Program-made: the position numbers and the translations under genes
Source of the DNA: an uncultured Myxococcota bacterium
Lineage (GTDB): Bacteria > Myxococcota_A > UBA796
Assembly: GCA_965661045.1 (NCBI GenBank)
Contig: CBFICN010000002.1
Coordinates: forward strand, 1 to 62,170
Reading direction: 5' to 3'
Length of the DNA: 62,170 nucleotides
Notes under the pieces: model-generated
What the model saw: only the letters and a program-made list of their open reading frames with translations
Told to the model about the DNA's origin: nothing
The model's database searches: none
Shown: piece by piece, positions 1-8,903 of the stretch
How the letters are laid out: each line of letters starts with the position of its first letter
Numbering within the stretch: the first letter of the stretch is position 1

Positions 1-1
1 T

Positions 2-2590
2 CACTATTACGTGGACAGCGACCAAATCAAAGGAGAGCGTTTGCATGAAATGTTGGACGCTGCTCTGCAAAATGTTGAGACCCAGGTCGATGAGGTCCAG
101 TTCATCGTACAGCAAAAAGAGATCATTGCCAATGTCGGAATGCGGAGTCGAACCATCTCTATACAATCTCTGAACGATTTGGGTGAGATGCTTCAAGTGT
201 TGCAACCAGTGGCCGCTTTTCTGGATGACGCCTTGTCCGAGAAAGTAGAGCGTCCGATGGTCGAGTATATGTTGCTCAATGGCGCTTTGAGTGTGCTTGA
301 CCCACACAGTCTTTTGCTACCCCCAGTTGAAGCTGCCGAAATGGAAGTGGATAACCAAGGTGAGTTTGGTGGTTTGGGTATAGAAATTAGCATTGTAGAT
401 GGGCAATTAACGGTGAAACAGCCGATTGAGGGAACGCCAGCTTGGGATGCAGGCCTAAAGTCTGAAGACAAAATTGTACGCATTGAAAATACAAGCACCA
501 TCAATATGGATTTGGACGAAGCCGTTTCTTTGATGCGTGGGAAAGTTGGCGAGCCCGTGACCATTATGGTTGCACGTACTGGATGGGCCGCGCCAAAACC
601 GTTCACAATTGTCCGCGGCCGCATCAAAATTGATCCCGTAAAGGGCGAGTTGCTGAGCGGCGATGTTGCGTATTTGAAGATTCAAAGTTTCCATCAAAAT
701 GTTGCCGAAGATATGAATCGATTGCTTGATGAAATGGAGAGCGAAACTTCTTTGCAGGGGCTGGTATTGGATCTTCGTAACAATCCGGGTGGGTACCTCA
801 ATCAGGCCATCAAAGTTTCAGATCGATTTTTAAAGAATGGCGTCATTGTTGCAACGGTTGAAGGGGCTGAGCGTGAACGCGAGGAAACCCATGCTCGAGC
901 CAGTGGTACGTTGGTAGACATTCCAATCGTTGTGTTGGTCAATGGGAATTCTGCTTCGGCATCGGAAATCGTTGCGGGTGCACTTCGAAATCAAGGGCGT
1001 GCCATCATTGTTGGGGAGCGGACCTTTGGTAAAGGCTCTGTACAGCATTTGTATGGAAACCCTGACGATTCTCGATTGAAATTGACAGTGGCTCAGTACC
1101 TAACGCCGGGAGACCAATCGATTCAATCTGTGGGAATTCCCCCAGATGTTCAACTACAACCAAGTTTGATACGTGCGGAAAATGAAGAGTCTGACGAGAT
1201 GGTGTCCTTGTACTGGAGAGAGTGGCTGACCCGAGAAGGGGACCTTGAAGGGCATTTGAGCAATGACTCTACCCTCGAAGGGCAGACGCGATTTTCCGTT
1301 CGCTATTTGTATAAAGAGAAAGAAGGCAAGGATCGCACAGATCCAAAATTGGATTGGGAAGTTGGGTTTGCTCGTGAGATATTGATGAACACGGAAAGGC
1401 CTGATAGGGCGTCAGCAATGATGGCGGCTCAATCGGTGGTAGAGCGCCGTACAGCAGAAGAGGCAAATAAAATACAGGCTGGTTTTGAGGGCTTGGGGAT
1501 AGATTGGCGAATGGGGGTCAACCATTATGAAAAAGCCATCGAGGATTTAAGGTTGGTCTTTGAAATTGAAGGGGATGGCGTTCTCAATGCAGGAGAGGAA
1601 GAAGAGGTTCGAGTTCATCTGAAAAATATTTCGGATCGCGCCTACCATCAGGTATCAGTCCTTTTAAAGAGCGAACACCCAAGCCTAGACCATCGAGAAC
1701 TTTATTTTGGGTATGTTGAGCCGGGTTCTGCTGTCGAAAAATCAACGACTGTGACTGTACCTCATGGGTATGGAACGGAGATGCTGGACTTACTTGTAGA
1801 GGTTCGAGACCCAAACAAAACACTCTTTCAAGCAGAGAGAACGATTTCTACAGTCGGGACAGACTTACCAAAGTTTGCTTGGTCGATGAACTTGTTCGAT
1901 GGGGTAAATGGCAAAGGAACTGGAAATGGAAATAAGATTCCAGAAGTGGGAGAACAAGTCGTTTTGGCGATTGAAGTCGAAAATATTGGTCAAGGAACAG
2001 CGATTGATCCCTTTGTTCGATTGAAAAATCGTTCTCGTAAGCACCTTGATTTGTTGGAAGGTACTGTTGAACTGGGTACAAAATTAGACTCTTGTACCGA
2101 AGACTGTCCACGAGAGTTGTTGGCCGGTCACAGTGCCGAAGCCGAAATGGTTTTTGATATCAAAGAGGTTCCGGAAGATCGCAACTGGGACTTGGAACTG
2201 CTGATTGGATCGAATCGAACTTATGATTACAGCACCGCTGTACAGGGTGGTTTTTCTGAGTATTTTCAGTTGAAATCTGAAATTGAGATTGTCAGTGGTC
2301 AGCCATTTGAAGAACTACGCTGCGATCAACCTCGTATTGTATTGGATGTTCAAGAGGAGCACAGTGAGTACTTGGAACTGTCTGGCTTTGTGGAAGACGA
2401 AAGTGGCGTCACCGATATCTTGGTGTTCAACGGCGACGATAAAGTGTATTATAAAGGAGAGACTGGATTGGTTGGGAAAGTCCCTTTTGGCGTTGAGATA
2501 GCGCTCAAAAAAGGCAGCAACCCAATCTACATTTTGGCGAAGGACAATCAAGGATTGAACACATCACAGTTTGTACAGGTTTGGAAATAA
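2..2590 (+). CDS. C-terminal processing (tail-specific) peptidase, family S41, with PDZ domain and long C-terminal extension; 5' end probably off the window
   Basis: The frame is open from position 2, and the first in-frame start (GTG) is at 11. The product has no signal or TM start, so it is treated as 5' partial. Motifs: PDZ-like 'GLGIEISIVDGQLTVKQPIEGTPAWDAGLKSEDKIVRIEN'; S41 core 'LDLRNNPGGYLNQA' and 'VLVNGNSASASEIVAGAL..GERTFGKGSVQ'. About 450 aa follow the protease core. Confidence 0.9.
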   Translation, partial: HYYVDSDQIKGERLHEMLDAALQNVETQVDEVQFIVQQKEIIANVGMRSRTISIQSLNDLGEMLQVLQPVAAFLDDALSEKVERPMVEYMLLNGALSVLDPHSLLLPPVEAAEMEVDNQGEFGGLGIEISIVDGQLTVKQPIEGTPAWDAGLKSEDKIVRIENTSTINMDLDEAVSLMRGKVGEPVTIMVARTGWAAPKPFTIVRGRIKIDPVKGELLSGDVAYLKIQSFHQNVAEDMNRLLDEMESETSLQGLVLDLRNNPGGYLNQAIKVSDRFLKNGVIVATVEGAEREREETHARASGTLVDIPIVVLVNGNSASASEIVAGALRNQGRAIIVGERTFGKGSVQHLYGNPDDSRLKLTVAQYLTPGDQSIQSVGIPPDVQLQPSLIRAENEESDEMVSLYWREWLTREGDLEGHLSNDSTLEGQTRFSVRYLYKEKEGKDRTDPKLDWEVGFAREILMNTERPDRASAMMAAQSVVERRTAEEANKIQAGFEGLGIDWRMGVNHYEKAIEDLRLVFEIEGDGVLNAGEEEEVRVHLKNISDRAYHQVSVLLKSEHPSLDHRELYFGYVEPGSAVEKSTTVTVPHGYGTEMLDLLVEVRDPNKTLFQAERTISTVGTDLPKFAWSMNLFDGVNGKGTGNGNKIPEVGEQVVLAIEVENIGQGTAIDPFVRLKNRSRKHLDLLEGTVELGTKLDSCTEDCPRELLAGHSAEAEMVFDIKEVPEDRNWDLELLIGSNRTYDYSTAVQGGFSEYFQLKSEIEIVSGQPFEELRCDQPRIVLDVQEEHSEYLELSGFVEDESGVTDILVFNGDDKVYYKGETGLVGKVPFGVEIALKKGSNPIYILAKDNQGLNTSQFVQVWK

Positions 2591-2614
2591 ACCATTTACA
2601 GAGAGGAGCACACA

Positions 2615-3118
2615 ATGGGTATTAGAAAGAAAATTATCAAGAAACTTCCGATATTTGGACGGGGACAAGCTCAGGCAGTTGAGCGGGCGAATTCATCAGT
2701 ACAGTCAACTTCAAATACAGGAACTGGAAGTGCACAGTCGACCAGCAAGCCGGAGCCCGTCAAGCCTTCTCACCCACGTGGTGACATGGAGCCGGTGGCG
2801 TTCATTGAGAAAACACTCGAGGAAAACAGAGTGGTGCTGTTTATGAAAGGCAGCCCTGCGCAGCCTTTGTGTGGGTTTTCTGCCAATGCAGCGGGCATTT
2901 TGGCTTCAACTGGACATGATTTTGCCCATGTGGATGTCATTGCAGATTATGAAATCAGAGAGCAAATCAAGCAGTTTAGTCAATGGCCAACCCTTCCTCA
3001 AATCTATGTTGACAAGGAATTCATTGGCGGCTCAGATATTTTGCGTCAAATGTCTGCCGATGGTTCACTGCAAGAAATGCTTGACGCACCAGCATCGGGT
3101 ACGGATTCGTCCGAATAA
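2615..3118 (+). CDS. grxD: Monothiol (CGFS, Grx4-type) glutaredoxin with basic/Ser-Thr-rich N-terminal extension
   Basis: 'KGSPAQPLCGFSANA' CGFS active site and 'WPTLPQIYVDKEFIGGSDI'. GAGGAG RBS lies upstream of the ATG. The first ~70 aa are low complexity. Confidence 0.9.
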   Translation: MGIRKKIIKKLPIFGRGQAQAVERANSSVQSTSNTGTGSAQSTSKPEPVKPSHPRGDMEPVAFIEKTLEENRVVLFMKGSPAQPLCGFSANAAGILASTGHDFAHVDVIADYEIREQIKQFSQWPTLPQIYVDKEFIGGSDILRQMSADGSLQEMLDAPASGTDSSE

Positions 3119-3230
3119 CTAAGGTCGATGGTTGTAGTCAATACGCCGCCTGTGAATCGACAATGATCAGTATGACTTCATGATTTAGTAGGGTGTCACT
3201 GCACTGTGTTGGAACGGTGAACAATCAAGG

Positions 3231-4259
3231 CTACTGGTTTGATTGATGGAGCAGCAGTTGGTGTGTCCAACTGCTTCGAACAATGTCTCTCAGTGCAGAG
3301 TATTGAGGTTGCCAATCAAGAATCCTGTGCGCAGACTGGATGTCACTTTCTATTCTTGCAGGGTCTCCCTTCCGTGCGCTCGAGATGGTGTTTGCAACAG
3401 GTGGCAGACCAAACGTGATGCCCTCTTTTGCGATGCATTGAACAACCTCGTGTACAGAATGGCCTTTACCAGAACCAACATTCAAAACGTGGTATTTGGG
3501 TTCATTACTTTCCAGTAGGCAATCCAGTCCAAGGCACAGCGCATTGACCACATCTCGTACATGTACGTATTCTCGAATGCAGGTTCCATCTGGGGTGGCG
3601 TGTGTGTTGCCAAAGATATAGAAGGGCTGACGTTGAAGTGTATGTTGAATGACCTTTGGAATGAGATGGGTCTCTGGGGTGTGTTCTTCGCCAAGCATTG
3701 TCCCATTGGTGTGTGGGTGAGGAATTGCACCAGCCACATTGAACAGCCTGAAGCAGATGCCAGATACCTGTTCTGCTTCGATGAGTTGTTCGACCGCTCG
3801 CTTTCCTTGACCATAAGGAGATGTAGGTGCAAGAGACGTATGTTCTGTGACTCGACCCGGTTGATTTCCGTATACTGCAGCACTGGAGGCGAATACAATT
3901 TTCGAACAGTGTGGTTTCATGGCTGAGAGAAGCCTTTGAGAGCCCACCACATTGTTGGTCCAATAGTGCTCTGGTTTACGTACGCTTTCACCCACGTCAA
4001 TCTTGGCTGCCAAGTGCAGGACAGCATCAAAGCGTTGCGTGGTGAAAAGTTGATTGAGTTCTGAAGTGTTCAACAGGGATGTGTGCACAAATTTGTTTGA
4101 ACTCAAGGGAGTGCCTTGTCCTGATAGGTCATCCAGTACCCAAACATCGGCCCCCAGTTTTTCCAGAAACGCATGGGCAATGCGTCCAATGTATCCAGCA
4201 CCACCCGTAATCAAGATGCGTCGGTTGCGTATATTTGAAAAAAGGTGTTGCATTGTCAA
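3231..4259 (-). CDS. galE: UDP-glucose 4-epimerase (NAD-dependent epimerase/dehydratase family)
   Basis: Rossmann 'ILITGGAGYIG', catalytic 'YGQGKRAVEQ' (YxxxK), 'RLFNVAGA', 'CIREYVHVRDV'. The longest ORF starts at TTG (4259); the ATG at 4253 ('MQHLF') is the more likely start. Confidence 0.85.
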   Translation of the reverse strand: MTMQHLFSNIRNRRILITGGAGYIGRIAHAFLEKLGADVWVLDDLSGQGTPLSSNKFVHTSLLNTSELNQLFTTQRFDAVLHLAAKIDVGESVRKPEHYWTNNVVGSQRLLSAMKPHCSKIVFASSAAVYGNQPGRVTEHTSLAPTSPYGQGKRAVEQLIEAEQVSGICFRLFNVAGAIPHPHTNGTMLGEEHTPETHLIPKVIQHTLQRQPFYIFGNTHATPDGTCIREYVHVRDVVNALCLGLDCLLESNEPKYHVLNVGSGKGHSVHEVVQCIAKEGITFGLPPVANTISSARKGDPARIESDIQSAHRILDWQPQYSALRDIVRSSWTHQLLLHQSNQ

Positions 4260-4332
4260 GAAAAAATACTAGAAAGTGGTGACGTGTCAAGACAAATTTG
4301 ATACCATAATCCTATAATTCTAGGAGTGATCA

Positions 4333-7300
4333 GTGGCATCTAATAAGACTTCCAGCAGCAAAAAGAAAGGCAGTAAGCGCAAAAAAACGGCAGTGGTCGG
4401 GCAAACATCTTCGAGTAAACGGCGTCGTAGCGATTCTGCCTCAACGCAGAAAACAAGTAAGAAATCGGTCAAAACCTCCAGCCGTCGCAAAGCCAAACCG
4501 GCCGTAATTGAAGAAATTACCGAGCAGATATCCATTTTGGAGGTGATGTCGGACTCAGCTGTGGCGGCCAAGCCGTTTTTGTTGGTTTTTTCTACCATAT
4601 TTTTTCTGTATCTCGCACTGGCTCTATTTTCATTCAACCCAAATGATATTCAAGCCCTCACAAGCGGTGATGTCGCAAATTGGTGCGGTGTATTAGGAGT
4701 GTTGTTGTCAACGAAATTGTACAGTCTGTTCGGGTATGGCGCTTGGGTTGTTTTGCCTCTTGCGGCCCTGTCTTCTTGGATGGCTGCTGGAAGGCGTTTG
4801 CTGGTACCAACCAAGATGACCGGTGTTGCATTGTTGTATTGGAACTTGCTGTGCGTATTGACTTTGTTGAACAGTGACCCGACTGCGTTGGGGTTCTATT
4901 CCGGTGGTGTATTGGGATACGGTACGATGTCGGTGATGACAAAGATCATCGGTACAGGTGGTTCTTGGCTGCTTTTGTCTGGTTTGGCGGTCACAGTGTT
5001 CATCTTTGTTGCCGGTATGGAATTGCGAGAGATTGTGGAGCGATCACTGCAACGTCTCGAAGAACGTGGACCCGACTTGGGACAGCGCTCTTTGGATTGG
5101 GGCCAAGAGGTGCTGTGGCAACTGAAGGAAAACTCGCAACGTTTTTCTGATTCGATTCGAGATCGTTTTTCACGAAATGAAGAAGACTATGGTTGGGATG
5201 ACGATTCCATCTTTGAAACCAGTTCTGTCTACGTGACTGAATATACAGATGATGGTGTGGAATTTACCGAAGAAGACAGTTTGCCCCCCAATTCGTTTGA
5301 CCACTCTTCAGAATATGAGCCTTCAGAGTATGAACAGTCAGAGGACTTTTCCTATGACTACCACACCAAAGAACTCGATGGGGACGTGACCAAAACCCAA
5401 GTACAAAATCCAGAAATTGCTCAAGTAGAACTTTCTGAATCTTGGGCGCAACAAGACGATAGTACATTCAACCCACATCCTGAAATTCGTCAACCAGATC
5501 TTGTCGATGTTCGCAGCCTCAACAACGCTCCCTCTGTGGAGGACGAGACCTTGACGGACCCATCAACCGCACCACTGTCTCGGTCTTTCAGGGTCGACTC
5601 AATTCCGGCGAGCAAGGACTTCAATCCCTTTGCAGATCCCACACCAAATTTTGGAACGTCGAAACTGACTTCGGATTCTCGCTCGAGAGGTGCACACCAT
5701 TTGCCAGCACAAGAAGAGATTGAACTGCCTGAAAATGCTTGGGAAGAAGACTTCTCTGAGTGGTATCGCACAGAGCGTCATCCAACTGCAAGTGCTCTGA
5801 AATCACCCAAGCAAAAATTGAGCGCTCTTCCCCAAGAGCCCTTGACATCCAAGTTGTCCATTCGACGTCCTCAAATCAGTGAGCCCGAGGTTGGCTCTGT
5901 GACTGCTCACTTGACAGGAGATGGAGATCTGACAACGGGTGAAGTTTCCAGTGATGATGGGTTGTACGATTTGCCCAAACCCGTTGCACCTGCTCCGCAA
6001 ACACTGGTGCCTTCTCAGGAGCCGGTTTCCAAAGTTGCTACACAAGCCCCTGTGACTCTTTCAGAGCAGTCAAGACAGGCAGAGACGTACCAACAGCAAA
6101 GTCATTCACTTGAACAATCAGACCAGCAAGTACGACAGCAAAAAGTGGAACAGCCGCCTCAGGAGGTTGAAACAGTTCAAGGTGGACAACCTTCAGAAGT
6201 TGTAGAACCAGAAGTCATTCAAGAAGAGAATGCAGTCGATGCCTCACCCAAGAAAGCGAAAGCCCCTCGTTCCAAAAAGCAATCCAAACCCACAAGTGTA
6301 TCTCAACTTGTGGAGCAAGTGGAAGATTTAAAATCGCAGGCGCGACAAATGACCGCTGCCAAACCCAAGGCGACATCTAAGATTCCATTGCCTGAGCGTG
6401 AAGTGACACCCGCGATGGCTATGGTTGCGGAAGATTTTGAGTTTGATGAGGACTCCGCAGAAGAATTTGCAGACAGTACGCCTGCGCGCGCGATGGTCAA
6501 TCCTGGCAATATCGAAAGTGGTGGTGATGGTGAAGTGCAAGAACTCCGAAACCCATACGCCAATTTTGAGCTGCCCTCGTTGGACATGCTTGATATGCAT
6601 GAGAAAAATGTTGCCAAGTACAATGAAGATGAACTGATGGAACTGGCTGACATATTGGTGGACAAACTGGCTGATTTCAAAGTGCACGGGGAAGTGGAGA
6701 CCATTTGTCCTGGTCCTGTGATTACCACCTTTGAATTTAAGCCTGCACGGGGTGTGCGCGTAGCCAAGATCGCCAAACTGTCTGACGATATCGCCATGGC
6801 GCTCAGAGCCGTGAGTGTCCGAATCGTTGCACCCATTCCAGGAAAGGACGTGGTGGGAATTGAGATTCCGAATCAAGAACGTCAAATCATTTGGTCACGC
6901 GACATGTTGGGTTCCAAGGCTTTCCAAGAGAGCAAAGCGATCTTGCCAATGGCGGTTGGCAAAGACGTCAACGGATTTCCATATGTGACAGATTTAGCCA
7001 AAACTCCTCACTTGTTGGTTGCCGGTACAACAGGTTCTGGAAAGTCTGTTGGTATCAATACCATGCTGATCAGTATGCTGTTGCGACACTCTCCAGAAAC
7101 TCTCAGACTCATCTTGGTCGACCCGAAAATGCTCGAGTTTGAAATGTACAACAACATTCCTCACTTGTTGCACCCTGTGGTGACAGACCCACACCAGGCC
7201 AGTGGAATCCTGAAGTGGGCTTGTACAGAGATGGATCGACGGTACGCGTTGATGGCGAAATACAAAACCCGCAACATCGAATCGTTCAATCAACGGTTGA

Positions 7301-8028
7301 CCGAGGAATTGGCTGATTGGGACCAGTCCAAAGCGGTGTATTTTGCCCCAGACAATTGGGATGGCAAGTCTAAATTGCCAAAGCCTCAAAAAATGCCATA
7401 CATCGTTGTGGTCATTGATGAGCTTGCCGATCTGATGATGGTGGCTGGTAAAGAAGTGGAAGAGTCCATCATTCGGATTGCCCAAAAGGCTCGTGCCTGT
7501 GGTATTCACTTGATTGTGGCAACACAACGTCCATCTGCAGATGTTGTGACTGGACTGATCAAAGCCAACATGCCTTCTAGAATGTGTTTCCAAGTCCGTC
7601 AACGTTCTGACTCGAGAATCATTTTGGACAATCCAGGTGGTGAAACATTGCTCGGTAAAGGGGATATGCTGTATCTTCCTCCAGGCATTGCCAACTTGGT
7701 ACGCTGTCACGGACCATTTTTGAGTGATGATGAAGTCCGTCGCATCACCGATCACCTTCGAGCACAGGGCAAACCCAAGTACGAAGCGGAGGTGATTACC
7801 GCCAAGTCAGAAAGCAAAGGTGAGGACGATTACGATGAGTTTTACGATCAAGCGGTGGAGTTTGTCTGTGAAAAGGGCTACGCTTCAACGTCTGCTGTTC
7901 AACGACAGTTCCGAATCGGATACAATCGCGCTGCTCGTATGATCGAGCAAATGGAGAGAGATGGCATCATTTCAGAGCAGAATGGCTCGAAAAAGCGCAA
8001 GATTCTTAAAAATGCATTGGAGCGCTAA
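4333..8028 (+). CDS. ftsK: DNA translocase FtsK/SpoIIIE
   Basis: AGGAG RBS then GTG. Basic N-terminal tail, four or more TM segments and a long acidic/PQ-rich linker. Motor domain has Walker A 'VAGTTGSGKSVGIN' and Walker B 'VVVIDELADLMM'. C-terminal winged-helix gamma domain 'ASTSAVQRQFRIGYNRAARMIEQMERDGI'. Confidence 0.95.
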   Translation: MASNKTSSSKKKGSKRKKTAVVGQTSSSKRRRSDSASTQKTSKKSVKTSSRRKAKPAVIEEITEQISILEVMSDSAVAAKPFLLVFSTIFFLYLALALFSFNPNDIQALTSGDVANWCGVLGVLLSTKLYSLFGYGAWVVLPLAALSSWMAAGRRLLVPTKMTGVALLYWNLLCVLTLLNSDPTALGFYSGGVLGYGTMSVMTKIIGTGGSWLLLSGLAVTVFIFVAGMELREIVERSLQRLEERGPDLGQRSLDWGQEVLWQLKENSQRFSDSIRDRFSRNEEDYGWDDDSIFETSSVYVTEYTDDGVEFTEEDSLPPNSFDHSSEYEPSEYEQSEDFSYDYHTKELDGDVTKTQVQNPEIAQVELSESWAQQDDSTFNPHPEIRQPDLVDVRSLNNAPSVEDETLTDPSTAPLSRSFRVDSIPASKDFNPFADPTPNFGTSKLTSDSRSRGAHHLPAQEEIELPENAWEEDFSEWYRTERHPTASALKSPKQKLSALPQEPLTSKLSIRRPQISEPEVGSVTAHLTGDGDLTTGEVSSDDGLYDLPKPVAPAPQTLVPSQEPVSKVATQAPVTLSEQSRQAETYQQQSHSLEQSDQQVRQQKVEQPPQEVETVQGGQPSEVVEPEVIQEENAVDASPKKAKAPRSKKQSKPTSVSQLVEQVEDLKSQARQMTAAKPKATSKIPLPEREVTPAMAMVAEDFEFDEDSAEEFADSTPARAMVNPGNIESGGDGEVQELRNPYANFELPSLDMLDMHEKNVAKYNEDELMELADILVDKLADFKVHGEVETICPGPVITTFEFKPARGVRVAKIAKLSDDIAMALRAVSVRIVAPIPGKDVVGIEIPNQERQIIWSRDMLGSKAFQESKAILPMAVGKDVNGFPYVTDLAKTPHLLVAGTTGSGKSVGINTMLISMLLRHSPETLRLILVDPKMLEFEMYNNIPHLLHPVVTDPHQASGILKWACTEMDRRYALMAKYKTRNIESFNQRLTEELADWDQSKAVYFAPDNWDGKSKLPKPQKMPYIVVVIDELADLMMVAGKEVEESIIRIAQKARACGIHLIVATQRPSADVVTGLIKANMPSRMCFQVRQRSDSRIILDNPGGETLLGKGDMLYLPPGIANLVRCHGPFLSDDEVRRITDHLRAQGKPKYEAEVITAKSESKGEDDYDEFYDQAVEFVCEKGYASTSAVQRQFRIGYNRAARMIEQMERDGIISEQNGSKKRKILKNALER

Positions 8029-8078
8029 GTAAGTTGTCGAACTTGAGACAGTGTTTTGCTGTACAGAACCCAGGGGCT

Positions 8079-8885
8079 TCAATCCTTGGGTTTTGTTTTG
8101 GGCTCATGTTTTCTTTGATCTTGAATTTGTCGTTGGCTGTTGTAGATGGTGGCTCTGTCCTTTTCGTTGTCCCAGATCGGTCTCATCGACCCAAGATATA
8201 TTTCGAGCTGTTTCTCTGGGTTTTGTTGATGGTAGCCGCGTCCACTGTGGACTTTTACCGTGTTGCCAGGTGGTAGATTCATCGCTGGAAACTGCCAAGA
8301 GTCGCCTTTGATATTTTCAATTGAGTATTGACTGAGGTCCAATGTTTTGGAAGTGATATTGGTGATCCGCAAATACTCACCGTTGATGTTTCGAGCATCG
8401 TCACCGGGCGCATTGGCATGAAACGATGTCATGTGTAAGTCACTTTGATATCTTCGAATGGACCACAAGCCCTTTCGTTGGGTTTGAGCCTCTTCTTGGG
8501 CCTTGAGCAACCGTGGTGTATCCAGTTTCTCCGGTGGAATGAAAAAGGCGTGTGCCAGTCCATTTTCCAGTAAATGGGTCGCAACATCTGTATCTTCGGT
8601 ACGAACAGAAGCGATGAGTCGACCATACCCGTCTCGTTCAACATCTCCATAGGATAAATAGACCGTTTGATTGAGAATGAGGTCCGCCACGGCTTCTTTG
8701 GCTTCCACACCAAAAGCTTCAGGTGGTCGCAGTTCGGGTGTGTTGGCGCCACGAAGCCGTATTTTCTCTCCGGTGTCTAGCGTAAAAGTATCGCCATCAT
8801 ACACGGCTATGATGGTGCCCTTTTTGGGTGGTGGCCGGTAGGAGTCAGCATACAAGGGCTGTAATAAAGACAAAACAAACAACAT
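8079..8885 (-). CDS. Secreted thermonuclease (SNase-like) fused to a lamin-tail-like (LTD) domain
   Basis: Signal peptide 'MLFVLSLLQPLYA'. SNase motif 'VYDGDTFTLDTGEKIRLRGANTPE' and 'LENGLAHAF'. C-terminal 'GEYLRITNITSKTLDLSQYSI..GDSWQFP...LPPGNTVKVHSGRG' resembles LTD domains. Confidence 0.8.
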   Translation of the reverse strand: MLFVLSLLQPLYADSYRPPPKKGTIIAVYDGDTFTLDTGEKIRLRGANTPELRPPEAFGVEAKEAVADLILNQTVYLSYGDVERDGYGRLIASVRTEDTDVATHLLENGLAHAFFIPPEKLDTPRLLKAQEEAQTQRKGLWSIRRYQSDLHMTSFHANAPGDDARNINGEYLRITNITSKTLDLSQYSIENIKGDSWQFPAMNLPPGNTVKVHSGRGYHQQNPEKQLEIYLGSMRPIWDNEKDRATIYNSQRQIQDQRKHEPKTKPKD

Positions 8886-8903
8886 GTACCTAAGTATCTC
8901 AAA

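Noticed and set aside
2571-3122. Alternative-frame ORFs overlapping the glutaredoxin gene (2571-2846 and 2871-3122).
   Set aside because: They have no motifs, and the CGFS glutaredoxin frame is unambiguous and has a good RBS.
6303-7755. Long antisense ORFs inside ftsK (177, 185 and 253 aa). Similar antisense ORFs lie at 10675-11235, 11780-12433, 14704-15357, 20570-21301, 30819-31517, 44810-45367, 49203-49769 and 53016-53627.
   Set aside because: Each lies fully inside a sense gene with clear motifs. None has a recognisable motif or a convincing RBS. Their frequency fits a codon-usage effect that depletes stops on one antisense frame rather than overlapping genes.
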